Source of the DNA: an uncultured Thermoanaerobaculia bacterium
Lineage (GTDB): Bacteria; Acidobacteriota; Thermoanaerobaculia; Thermoanaerobaculales; Sulfomarinibacteraceae
DNA: 49,311 nt
NCBI GenBank assembly: GCA_964597585.1
Contig: CAZQYU010000002.1
Location: 1-49,311 of the forward strand
Direction of reading: 5' to 3'
In this document: piece after piece, positions 28,744 to 42,882 of the stretch
Layout: each line of letters starts with the position of its first letter
Numbering within the stretch: position 1 is the first letter of the stretch
The notes under the pieces: generated by a model
Database searches by the model: none
Told to the model about the DNA's origin: nothing
Seen by the model: the letters and a program-made list of their open reading frames with translations, nothing else
Position numbers and translations under genes: made by a program

Positions 28744-29690
28744 GGACCCAATACCACCAGATCCGACCCGAGGTCGAAGGCGAGCCGCATGCGCGCCCCC
28801 GGCCGCAGCGGGTCGATCCGGGGGTCGAGCTCTGCCGTGTAGGAGAGGGCCGTGCCGACGTGCGCGATTTCCACTGCCAGGTAGGGCCACTCGCCGCACA
28901 GGCGCTCGGCCCGCCACCCTTCGGGCCCCGCGGTCACGACGAGCTCGACGGTCGCACCACCGTTGAGACGCAGCCGCGCGCGGTCGCCCGCGAGTGCGGC
29001 GTGCTCGACCCCTTCGCGCGCGCCCAGGACCGCGTCCGGCTCCTCCCAGATTCCCGGCTGCAGCAGGCTCGTTTCGCGGCGAACCTCGATCCGGGCCGGG
29101 CCCGATCCGGGCCGGGTCGGCAGACCGGAGATGGCGGTCGGGTCGACGCGCCGGCGACGCACGAGCTCGCGCTCGAGCGCGCCCACGTCGGCAGCAACGC
29201 GAAGGCGACAGAAGCGGTCTTCCACGGTAAGATCACCGTCTGCAAGCACGTAGCGCACCGCGTCACCGAACCAGACGAGGTCGGCGGCACACCCCGGTGG
29301 GTCGGCACCCTCTGTGAGGACGAGGACCCGTTCCGCGCCAGCGAAGGCCGAGCGCAGGAGCTCGTCGCCGTCGCGCCAGTAGTTGCCGTCCGCGCCCTCC
29401 CTGGGCGTCGTGCCGACCGAGGTCGGGATCCCCGGGGCGAGCACCCGGCGGTCGAGCTCCAGGGCTGGCCAGCGTCCGCCGAACGCGAGGGCGGCGAGCC
29501 GTCCTCCACCGACGAGCGACGCGATGGTGTCAAGACAGTGCTGCGGGCTCGCGAACCAAGGCGTCGTCTCGTTCTCGCGGGGCGACGTCGCCGGTTGCTC
29601 GTCGGACCCCGGCGCCACACGCACCACGCCACGTCGCAGCAGCACCTCGGCACGAGCGAGCGCGGGACCGCCCACCTCGGCCCGGCTCAT
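28740..29690 (-). CDS. Hypothetical protein, translationally coupled to pdxT
   Basis: 316 aa. Its ATG overlaps the pdxT stop (ATGA at 29687-29690). The amino-acid composition is ordinary (A/L/G/R/E/V), unlike the R/P-rich opposite-strand ORF 28476..29786. I recognise no motif. Confidence 0.55.
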   Translation of the reverse strand: MSRAEVGGPALARAEVLLRRGVVRVAPGSDEQPATSPRENETTPWFASPQHCLDTIASLVGGGRLAALAFGGRWPALELDRRVLAPGIPTSVGTTPREGADGNYWRDGDELLRSAFAGAERVLVLTEGADPPGCAADLVWFGDAVRYVLADGDLTVEDRFCRLRVAADVGALERELVRRRRVDPTAISGLPTRPGSGPARIEVRRETSLLQPGIWEEPDAVLGAREGVEHAALAGDRARLRLNGGATVELVVTAGPEGWRAERLCGEWPYLAVEIAHVGTALSYTAELDPRIDPLRPGARMRLAFDLGSDLVVLGP

Positions 29691-30268
29691 GCGGCCCTGG
29701 TGGCCGTCAGCTCGAGGAACCAGCCGTGCACTCGGATGTCCGCGCCGAGCTCGGGGTGGAACGTGGCCGCGAGAATCGCGCCCTGACGGACCAGCACGGG
29801 GTCCTCGTCCCGGTAGGCCAGAACCTCGACGTCCGGACCGGTGCGGTCGATCCGCGGAGCTCGGATGAAGACCGCCTCCATTTCCGCAGGTCCGCCGAGC
29901 CCGGAGGCGAGGCGGATCCGGGCGACCGAGGAGTGGAGCTGGCGCCCGTAGGCGTTGCGGGTGACATCCGCGTCGAGAGCCGCAAGGCTGCGCTGGGCCG
30001 GCGTGACGCCAGCGGCGAGCAGGATCACACCGGCGCAGGTCGCCAGCACCGGAAGCCCGGCGGCCAGGCGAATGCCGATCGCGTCGAGCAGACCCTCGGG
30101 CTCCATCAGTCGGAGCATGGCGGTCGACTCTCCACCGGGGAGCACCAGGGCGTCCACCTGGGCAAGCTCGGCTGCCGTCCGAACCGGTCCGGCCACCGCT
30201 CCGAGGGCGTGCAGCCGCGCGGCGTGGGCCGCGAAGTCGCCCTGCAGGGCGAGCACGCCGACGCGCAT
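29687..30268 (-). CDS. pdxT: Pyridoxal 5'-phosphate synthase glutaminase subunit PdxT
   Basis: ORF trimmed to ATG 30268 (TGATG overlap with the pdxS stop). Sequence: [23 protein letters not shown]...LVLPGGESTAMLRLM...LATCAGVILLA...ATFHPEL. Confidence 0.93.
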   Translation of the reverse strand: MRVGVLALQGDFAAHAARLHALGAVAGPVRTAAELAQVDALVLPGGESTAMLRLMEPEGLLDAIGIRLAAGLPVLATCAGVILLAAGVTPAQRSLAALDADVTRNAYGRQLHSSVARIRLASGLGGPAEMEAVFIRAPRIDRTGPDVEVLAYRDEDPVLVRQGAILAATFHPELGADIRVHGWFLELTATRAA

Positions 30269-31155
30269 CACCACCCTCGGCGCGAGAGCATCTCCTCGGG
30301 AGTCAGCTTGCCGACGTCGAGACCGGACATCGCTTCGCCGAGATTCGCGGACAGCTCGGCCAGCTTGGCGGCGTCCTGCCAATGCGTGACCGCTTGGACG
30401 ATTGCGCGCCCGCGCCGCTCCGGGTCGCCAGACTTGAAAATCCCGGAGCCGACGAATACCGATTCTGCGCCCAGGATCATGCAGAGGGCGGCGTCGGCCG
30501 GCGTCGCGACCCCGCCGGCGGCGAAGTTTGGCACCGGCAGGCGGCCGTTCTCCGCCACCCAGGCGACCAGCTCATAGGGCGCCTGGAGGCGCTTGGCCTC
30601 AGCCATCAGCTCGTGCTCGTCGAGGATGGTGAGCGTCTTCAGTTCGCGCCGGACCGCGCGCAGGTGGCGCACGGCCTCGACGATATCGCCCGACCCCGCC
30701 TCGCCCTTGGTGCGGATCATCGCGGCGCCCTCTCCGATTCGGCGCAGCGCCTCGCCGAGGTTCCGGCAGCCGCATACGAAAGGGACTTTGAAGGGGTGCT
30801 TGAAGACGTGGTTCTCGTCGTCGGCCGGGGTCAGCACCTCACTCTCATCGATGAAGTCGACCTCGATCGCCTCGAGGATCCTCGCCTCGGCGACATGGCC
30901 GATGCGGCACTTCGCCATCACCGGTATCGACACGGTGGCCTGGATCTCGCGGACCTTGTCGAGGGAGGCCATCCTTGCGACGCCGCCCTGCGCGCGGATG
31001 TCGGCGGGTACGCGCTCGAGGGCCATCACGGCGGCGGCGCCGGCATCCTCCGCGATCTTCGCCTGCTCGGCGGTGGTCACGTCCATGATCACGCCACCCT
31101 TGAGCATTTCGGCCAGGCCGACCTTGATCCGGAACCGCTCATCCTGGAAGTCCAT
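30268..31155 (-). CDS. pdxS: Pyridoxal 5'-phosphate synthase lyase subunit PdxS
   Basis: ORF trimmed to ATG 31155 behind GGGAGGCG. Sequence: [62 protein letters not shown]...[31 protein letters not shown]...[14 protein letters not shown]. Confidence 0.97.
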   Translation of the reverse strand: MDFQDERFRIKVGLAEMLKGGVIMDVTTAEQAKIAEDAGAAAVMALERVPADIRAQGGVARMASLDKVREIQATVSIPVMAKCRIGHVAEARILEAIEVDFIDESEVLTPADDENHVFKHPFKVPFVCGCRNLGEALRRIGEGAAMIRTKGEAGSGDIVEAVRHLRAVRRELKTLTILDEHELMAEAKRLQAPYELVAWVAENGRLPVPNFAAGGVATPADAALCMILGAESVFVGSGIFKSGDPERRGRAIVQAVTHWQDAAKLAELSANLGEAMSGLDVGKLTPEEMLSRRGW

Positions 31156-31239
31156 GACTTCGCCTCCCTGCCCGCCTCCGGCTACCGTGCCCGCCGGGGG
31201 CGAACTATTGTACACAGCCGCCGCCCGCGGGGTTTGTCC

Positions 31240-31785
31240 TCAACGCTGCAGTCGGACGAGGCCGATCGCGTTGATCGCCGCATGGGCGGCGGCTGCGGCA
31301 GGATATCCCCACCGGTCGAAGAGCAGCCCGAAGACCAGTCCCATTCCGAACGCCATCACGGGCCATGGCCACAGCCGCCGGTCTGGGACGACATGGAGCA
31401 GGGCGAACAGCGCCGCTGCGGCGACGAGCCCGACAATCGGCTGCAGGAGAGCGCGCATCAACGCCTCCTCGGCGAGGCCCGAGAGCAGGGCGACGGCGAG
31501 CGCGTCGGCGACCCGCCAGCTCGCGACCATGCGCCGCTGCCAGCCCTCGAGCTGGGCGAGCGCTGGGACCGTCCGCAGGAGCCACATCACCCCCGCCAGC
31601 GGCAGCCCGCTCACGATCCCGACCCCGACCGCGGCCGCCCATGACCCCGCGGGTTGGAGTGCTGCCGCCGCACCACCCTCAGTCAGCGAGAGCCCGATCA
31701 AGGCAAGGAGGCCGATCACCCCCTCCTGATGGGCCACGGCGGTCGCGCGGATCGTGCGCGGGTCGAGCGGTCCCGGGCCCGGCAC
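31240..31785 (-). CDS. CPBP-family (CAAX/Abi) intramembrane protease
   Basis: 181 aa polytopic protein. It has the EE...R motif (LLSGLAEEALMRALL), FALLHV, and a C-terminal AAHAAINA motif. It starts 6 nt after the gyrA stop. The exact start is uncertain. Confidence 0.7.
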   Translation of the reverse strand: MPGPGPLDPRTIRATAVAHQEGVIGLLALIGLSLTEGGAAAALQPAGSWAAAVGVGIVSGLPLAGVMWLLRTVPALAQLEGWQRRMVASWRVADALAVALLSGLAEEALMRALLQPIVGLVAAAALFALLHVVPDRRLWPWPVMAFGMGLVFGLLFDRWGYPAAAAAHAAINAIGLVRLQR

Positions 31786-31791
31786 CGGTCG

Positions 31792-34290
<2,499 letters not shown>

Positions 34291-34291
34291 C

Positions 34292-37806
<3,515 letters not shown>

Positions 37807-37811
37807 CCGGG

Positions 37812-38918
37812 TTAAATCCTCATCGGCATGAGGACATAGATGTACTCCTCGAGGCGCGGGTCGTCATCCACCGGAACGATCACGCACTGGCTGTTGCCGT
37901 CGCGTAGTTGGAAGTCGACCGCGTCACCATCCAAGACCTGGAGCACATCCATGACGTACTGGGCGTTGAGCGCGATTTCCATAACCTCGCCCTGGTAGGT
38001 CGTGGCCAGGACCTCCTCGGCACTCCCACGCTCGTATCCGATGGACACGAGCTTGACCTCTCCCGCAGGATCGAAGCGGAACCGCACGCCGCGGGCTTTC
38101 TCGTGGGCCATGAGACTCACGCGCCGCAACGAGGCGAGCATTTCCTTCCTGTCGATGCGCGCGCGGAATGGGTGATTGCGGACGATGACGCGCTCATACT
38201 GGGGAAAACGCAGCTCCACGATGCGTGACACGAGCGTCCGTTCGCCCATGCGGAAACCGAGGTGATTGTCCCCCGAGGAGAGCACCACCTCCTCGTCGCT
38301 GAACCGCGCGAACTCCGCTAGGAGCTTACGAGGGAAGAGCTGCTGTTCGAACGGTGGCTGTCCCTCCGGGACCTGAGCCCGAACCACTGCCAGCCGGTGA
38401 CCATCGGTCGCCGCAATCTCGATCTCGCCAGGGAGGAGCTTCACCAGCGCGCCGTTGAGTTGAAACTTCGGGTCGTCCTTTGTGATCGCGAAGGCGACAC
38501 GCTGCAGCATCAACTGGAAGAGATTGAGTGACAGTCCATAGCCGCTACCCTCGGGAACGTCGGGCACGGTAGGGTACTCACCGGCATCCGCGACTGACAT
38601 CCGTGACCGAAAACGTCCACTGGTGATCTCCACCGCATCACCGTCGAGGCGGAGGCTGAGATCCTCGGTGGGAAGATTGCGAAACAGCTCTTGGGCGACG
38701 CGGCTTTCGAGCGTGAGACGCCCGGCGACGTGAACCTCCGCAGGACAGGATGTGAGGATGGTCATGTCGAGGTCTGTAGCCACCATGTGAAGCCGGTTGT
38801 CGACCGCCTCCACGAGGATGCTGGAGAGGATAGGAATCGTGGTTCGACGTTCCACAACACCCTGAAGGACGGAAAGCTCCTGAAGCACGGCGGTTCGATT
38901 CAGAGTAACGTCCATCAA
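37812..38918 (-). CDS. dnaN: DNA polymerase III beta sliding clamp
   Basis: 368 aa. Sequence: MMDVTLNRTAVLQELSVLQGVVERRTTIPILSSILVEAVDNRLHMVATDLDM...ATDGHRLA...YIYVLMPMRI. It sits in the conserved position after dnaA. Confidence 0.96.
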   Translation of the reverse strand: MMDVTLNRTAVLQELSVLQGVVERRTTIPILSSILVEAVDNRLHMVATDLDMTILTSCPAEVHVAGRLTLESRVAQELFRNLPTEDLSLRLDGDAVEITSGRFRSRMSVADAGEYPTVPDVPEGSGYGLSLNLFQLMLQRVAFAITKDDPKFQLNGALVKLLPGEIEIAATDGHRLAVVRAQVPEGQPPFEQQLFPRKLLAEFARFSDEEVVLSSGDNHLGFRMGERTLVSRIVELRFPQYERVIVRNHPFRARIDRKEMLASLRRVSLMAHEKARGVRFRFDPAGEVKLVSIGYERGSAEEVLATTYQGEVMEIALNAQYVMDVLQVLDGDAVDFQLRDGNSQCVIVPVDDDPRLEEYIYVLMPMRI

Positions 38919-39132
38919 CAGCCCCTTTGAGTGACGACGAAGTAGCTCATAGAAGGAAAGATAGCATAGCTCGTCATCATCGTCGAGAGGGTCGGTTCTG
39001 TGGACATTGGTGGAGGTTGTGAGGTTCAGGGAGCTTGTGCGGCGAAGAGGATGTGGAGGCGACTGTGGAGACCCTGTGGAGAGCTGTGGACTCCACAGCT
39101 CTCCACAGGGTCCTGTGCAAGACGGGGAGCGG
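38919..39132. other. Chromosomal replication origin (oriC) in the dnaA-dnaN intergenic region
   Basis: A relatively AT-rich stretch (38941-38985, AGTAGCTCATAGAAGGAAAGATAGCATAGC...) is followed by at least seven TGTGGA/TCCACA DnaA-box cores. They start at 38999, 39052, 39064, 39075 and 39085 (plus orientation) and at 39092 and 39102 (inverted). Spacing is 10-12 bp. The flanks are dnaN and dnaA. Confidence 0.75.
39070..39112. repeat. 43-bp perfect palindrome built from four DnaA-box cores
   Basis: GACCCTGTGGAGAGCTGTGGA-C-TCCACAGCTCTCCACAGGGTC has 21-bp perfect arms around C39091. It lies 20 nt downstream of the dnaA stop codon. Confidence 0.9.
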
Positions 39133-40416
39133 TCAGCCGAAATGGTCGCGGAAGGATGTGAGCGTCGCGTCGAAGTCCGGGTTGGACTGGCGCATCTTCT
39201 GGATGCAATCGATGGCGTAGATGACAGTGGAGTGGTGTTTGGAGAAGATGCGGCCGATCTCGGGAAAGCTGAGATCGAGAATGTCGCGGATCAAGAACAT
39301 GGCGACCTGACGTGGCAGCGCGATCGAGCGGCGGTTCGAGCGGCCCTTGAGATCGACCACACGAATGCCGTAGTGGTGGGCGACGAAACGGATGATGTCG
39401 GAGGGTGTGTTCGAGCGCTCCTCCGGAAGCAGCTCGGTCAACGCATGACGGACGAGCTCGACCGAAAGCGGCCGGTTGGTGAGCTGGGCGAAGGCTACGG
39501 TACGGTTGAGGCAGCCCTCGAGCTCGCGCACGTTCTTCTGGACGCGTCGAGAGATGAACAGGACAACATCCTCGGGGAGCTCCCAGCCGGCGGCGCGCGC
39601 CTTCTCGCGCAGGATGGCGCAGCGGGTCTCGAGATCCGGAGGCTGAATATCGGCGAGAAGACCCTGGAGGAAGCGGGAGCGGAGTCGCTCCTCGAGGCCG
39701 GGGATGTCGGCCGGCTTGGCGTCGGAGGTGAAGACGACCTGGCGGCCGCTTGACTGGAGGGTGTTGAAGGTGTGGAAGAACTCCTCCTGCGTCCTCTCTT
39801 TGCCTGCGATGAACTGGATGTCATCGAGAAGCAGGGCATCGACCCCTCGAAAGGTCATCCGAAACTCATCCATCCGCTTGCGCCGGATGCAGTTGATGAG
39901 TTCGTTGACGAACTGCTCCGTCGTCATATAGAGGACTTTGCGGCGAGTTCCGGAAGAGAGTGCGCGATGAGCGATGGCGTGGAGGAGATGGGTCTTTCCG
40001 AGCCCCGAGCCCCCGTAAACATAGAGAGGGTTGTATGCAACTCCAGGGCGGTCGGCCACTGCCTCGGCCGCAGCACAGGCGAACTGGTTGGAGGGACCAA
40101 TGACAAAGCGGTCGAAGGTAAAGGCTGGGTTGAGGGACGGGCTGGAGACCTGTGACGGCTCCGGTCGCCCAGCCCCTGCGGGGGCGTCCTGACTGAGCAG
40201 CACGCGGAAGGTCGGGCCCCATTGACTGCGGGCGACGGCCTCGATGTCACGCAGGAGGTGGTCCCGTACCCAGTCCGCGACGATGGCGCTGTCGGCGCCG
40301 AGGGTCAAGCTGTCGCCTTCGCTGTGCAGTGCGCGAACACGGGTCAGCCATGTGGCGTACTCGTCCTCGCCCACGAGCTGTCGTAGGCTTGGTTGGAGCT
40401 CCTGCCAGCGGTCCAT
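39133..40416 (-). CDS. dnaA: Chromosomal replication initiator protein DnaA
   Basis: 427 aa. Sequence: FTFDRFVIGPSNQFACAAAEAVA...NPLYVYGGSGLGKTHLLHAIAH...LLLDDIQFIAGKERTQEEFFHTFN...IALPRQVAMFLIRDILDLSFPEIGRIFSKHHSTVIYA. Confidence 0.98.
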   Translation of the reverse strand: MDRWQELQPSLRQLVGEDEYATWLTRVRALHSEGDSLTLGADSAIVADWVRDHLLRDIEAVARSQWGPTFRVLLSQDAPAGAGRPEPSQVSSPSLNPAFTFDRFVIGPSNQFACAAAEAVADRPGVAYNPLYVYGGSGLGKTHLLHAIAHRALSSGTRRKVLYMTTEQFVNELINCIRRKRMDEFRMTFRGVDALLLDDIQFIAGKERTQEEFFHTFNTLQSSGRQVVFTSDAKPADIPGLEERLRSRFLQGLLADIQPPDLETRCAILREKARAAGWELPEDVVLFISRRVQKNVRELEGCLNRTVAFAQLTNRPLSVELVRHALTELLPEERSNTPSDIIRFVAHHYGIRVVDLKGRSNRRSIALPRQVAMFLIRDILDLSFPEIGRIFSKHHSTVIYAIDCIQKMRQSNPDFDATLTSFRDHFG

Positions 40417-40462
40417 TCGGCTAGACTAGCACAGCCGGATCGGAGGGCTGCGGGGCGGCGGC

Positions 40463-40491
40463 TTGACAGGTGAAACGTCGTAGGGTACGGT
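40463..40491 (+). promoter_or_regulatory. Candidate promoter of the rpmH-rnpA-yidD-yidC operon
   Basis: TTGACA (40463-40468), 17 nt, TACGGT (40486-40491). The -10 keeps the TAnnnT positions. It lies about 25-30 nt upstream of the two ATGs. Confidence 0.45.
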
Positions 40492-40514
40492 AAGCGCCCT
40501 GTGTTGAGAGAGGT

Positions 40515-41150
40515 ATGAACGATGAAAAGGACCTTTCAACCCAACAACCGGCGCCGCAAGCGGACCCACGGGTTCCGGGTGCGGATGCGCTCCAAGGCCG
40601 GCCGCAGCGTTCTGAAAGCGCGTCGTCGCAAGGGGCGGAAGCGTCTTGCCGTCTAACGCGGCATCTGCCGCGCGAACGTCGCCTGAGGCGACGCCCGGAG
40701 TTTCAGCGAATCTACCGGGAGGGCGAGCGCGTCGCGAGTCGCTGGTTCGTGATTTTTGGTCTGCGGAGTGCTGGCGGCGGGCCGGGCCGTCTTGGTTTAA
40801 CGGCGTCACGCAAGGTCGGCTCGGCGGTGGTGCGTTCGCGCTGTCGTCGGCGGCTGCGTGAGCTGTATCGGCTACTTGACGACGAATTCATCGCTGCGTC
40901 CGTCGACGTGGTGGTGAACGCTCGGCGGGGATGCGCGGATGCTCCCTGGAGCGAGCTTCGACGGGAGTTTTCGCGGTGCATGGCGATCCTTCGCTCGCGG
41001 CTCGAGGCGTGCTCGGTGCCCTTCGCCTGTACAAGCGCTACCTCTCTCCCCTCCTCCCGCCCGCCTGCCGGTATCAGCCAACCTGCTCCGAGTACGCCGC
41101 GGAGGCAGTCGCGCGGTATGGCTTCGTCCGAGGATCCTGGCTCGGGCTGA
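40515..41150 (+). CDS. rnpA: RNase P protein component; both boundaries unusual
   Basis: The RnpA-like core is [33 protein letters not shown]...[29 protein letters not shown]...[10 protein letters not shown], beginning at codon 40665. The only in-frame ATG/GTG/TTG upstream of the core is ATG 40515, which overlaps all of rpmH out of frame. An alternative is a CTG start at 40665. The frame stays open to 41150, overlapping yidD. Confidence 0.7.
   Translation: MNDEKDLSTQQPAPQADPRVPGADALQGRPQRSESASSQGAEASCRLTRHLPRERRLRRRPEFQRIYREGERVASRWFVIFGLRSAGGGPGRLGLTASRKVGSAVVRSRCRRRLRELYRLLDDEFIAASVDVVVNARRGCADAPWSELRREFSRCMAILRSRLEACSVPFACTSATSLPSSRPPAGISQPAPSTPRRQSRGMASSEDPGSG
40522..40656 (+). CDS. rpmH: 50S ribosomal protein L34
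   Basis: Absent from the ORF track (44 aa). Sequence: ATG 40522 [47 protein letters not shown] 40656. The GAGAGAGG SD ends 8 nt upstream. It sits in the canonical position opposite dnaA. Confidence 0.97.
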   Translation: MKRTFQPNNRRRKRTHGFRVRMRSKAGRSVLKARRRKGRKRLAV

Positions 41151-41206
41151 AACGGCTCGTGCGCTGTCACCCCCTCCATCGTGGGGGATATGATCCGGTT
41201 CCGTGA
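40976..41206 (+). CDS. yidD: Membrane protein insertion efficiency factor YidD
   Basis: Sequence: [66 protein letters not shown] (YidD signature). The start is GTG 40976, or ATG 40931. Confidence 0.9.
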   Translation: MHGDPSLAARGVLGALRLYKRYLSPLLPPACRYQPTCSEYAAEAVARYGFVRGSWLGLKRLVRCHPLHRGGYDPVP

Positions 41207-41217
41207 GGGGAGAAGGC

Positions 41218-42882
41218 ATGGAAAAGCGCCTGCTGCTCGCGTTCGTGCTGTCGGCGGTGATCTTCGCGGTGTGGTCGGTCCTGTTTCCGCCGCCGAAGCC
41301 GCCGAGGCCCGTTACACCACCGGCACACGTGGCGGCAACTCCGCTGGTGGAGAACGGCGGCGGTGCGGCAGCCGAGCAAGCGCCGGCGGCCGAGCCACCG
41401 TCGCCGACCGAGGTCGAAGCGTCGCCCGAAGCCATCACCGCGGGCGCCGAAGAGTCGGTGCGGCTGGGCAACGACGTGCTCGAGCTCATCATGTCGAACC
41501 GCGGCGCGATGATCACCTCGCTGGTGCTGCGGCGGTACACGGGGGACGAGGGACAGCCGCTGGAGCTGGTGCAGACCGTGGCAGATCCGCGGCACACTCT
41601 TCCGCTCCAGTTGGTGAGTGAGCGCGGGCCCGACGAGGCGCTCTACCGCGTGGCGTGCGCCGAGCGGACGTGCCGCTTTGAGTGGGCGGACGGTCTCGGC
41701 AGCCGGGTGATCAAGACCGTGACCGTGCCTGCGCAGGGCTATGGCATCGAGGCTGACATCGAGCGCCGCGGCCCGGCGGCCTCCTGGGCCATGAGCGTGG
41801 GCACCGGGCTGCGCGACCGGGGCAAGGTCGAAAAGGAGAACCGCTTCTCCACCTGGGGTGACGTCGTCGTCGAGGCAGATGGGAAGCTGGAGCGGCTGCG
41901 TCGCCAGAAGCTCAAGGAGGAGAAGGAGATTCGGCCGCAAACGGTAGGCTTCGCGGGCTTCGAGGACACCTACTTTCTGAACACGTGGCGGCCCGCGACC
42001 CCGATCAGCGCGGTGAGGGTGGAGCGGCTCGAAATCAACGAGACCAACGACAAGGGCCAGGAGGTGAAAGAGCCAGTGCTCGAGGTCCTGCTGGTGCCGA
42101 AGGGGCCCGAGATCAAGGGCGAGCTGTTCGCTGCGCCCAAGGAGTACGACCTGCTGCAGAAGGTCGATCACGGGCTCGACCAGACGCTGCACTTCGGGTT
42201 CTTCCACCCAATCTCCGTCTTCTTCCTCAAGGCGCTGCGTTGGATTTATGCCGGGGTCGGGAACTGGGGGCTGGCGATCATCCTGCTCACCTTGGCGATC
42301 CGCGTGGTGCTCTTTCCGCTCATGCACACCTCGACGGTGTCGATGCGCAAGATGCAGCGCGTCCAGCCGAAGGTCAAGGCGATCCAGGAGAAGTACAAGA
42401 AGCACAAGGGCGACGCGCAGGCCAAGGCGAAGATGAACCAGGAGATGATGGAGCTCTACAAGATCGAGGGCGTCAACCCGATGGGGGGGTGCCTTCCGAT
42501 GCTGGTCCAGCTCCCGATCCTATGGGCGCTGTACACGCTCTTCGCGTACGCCATCGAGCTCCGCCACGCGCCGTTCATCTTCTGGATCCATGACCTGTCA
42601 ACAAAGGACCCTTACTACGTGACGCCGATCCTGATGACCGCGACGATGTGGCTGCAGCAGCGTCTCGCACCGCAGGCGGGCGATCCCCAGCAGCAGAAGA
42701 TCTTCCGCATGATGCCGCTGATCTTCGGCATCATGTTCCTGGGCTTCCCTTCCGGGCTCGTGCTGTACTGGCTGACCAACAACGTGATCACCATCCTCCA
42801 ACAGGAGATCACGCTCCACCTGATCGGCGAGCGTTCACTGCCCCGGAGAGGCCGCTCGGCCGCGAAGGGCAAGGAGCGATGA
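41218..42882 (+). CDS. yidC: Membrane protein insertase YidC
   Basis: ORF trimmed to ATG 41218. Sequence: MEKRLLLAFVLSAVIFAVW... It has a large periplasmic domain, then GNWGLAIILLTLAIRVVLFPL...MRKMQRVQPKVKAIQEKYK...MELYKIEGVNPMGGCLPMLVQLPILWALY...GLVLYWLTNNVITILQQ. Confidence 0.96.
   Translation: MEKRLLLAFVLSAVIFAVWSVLFPPPKPPRPVTPPAHVAATPLVENGGGAAAEQAPAAEPPSPTEVEASPEAITAGAEESVRLGNDVLELIMSNRGAMITSLVLRRYTGDEGQPLELVQTVADPRHTLPLQLVSERGPDEALYRVACAERTCRFEWADGLGSRVIKTVTVPAQGYGIEADIERRGPAASWAMSVGTGLRDRGKVEKENRFSTWGDVVVEADGKLERLRRQKLKEEKEIRPQTVGFAGFEDTYFLNTWRPATPISAVRVERLEINETNDKGQEVKEPVLEVLLVPKGPEIKGELFAAPKEYDLLQKVDHGLDQTLHFGFFHPISVFFLKALRWIYAGVGNWGLAIILLTLAIRVVLFPLMHTSTVSMRKMQRVQPKVKAIQEKYKKHKGDAQAKAKMNQEMMELYKIEGVNPMGGCLPMLVQLPILWALYTLFAYAIELRHAPFIFWIHDLSTKDPYYVTPILMTATMWLQQRLAPQAGDPQQQKIFRMMPLIFGIMFLGFPSGLVLYWLTNNVITILQQEITLHLIGERSLPRRGRSAAKGKER

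Noticed and set aside
28476-29786. A 436-aa plus-strand ORF competing with the minus-strand hypothetical gene 28740..29690.
   Set aside because: Its translation is Arg/Pro/Gly-rich and low complexity. It also overlaps the 3' end of the MBL-fold gene and the pdxT 3' end. The minus-strand ORF has ordinary composition and an ATGA coupling to pdxT.
39007-39753. ORFs crossing oriC (39007..39753 plus, 39026..39208 minus, 39035..39220 plus) that encode near-mirror peptides (DPVESCG.HSSPQG).
   Set aside because: The mirrored peptides are a direct by-product of the 43-bp palindrome. The ORFs lie in the DnaA-box array and antisense to dnaA, and none has an SD.
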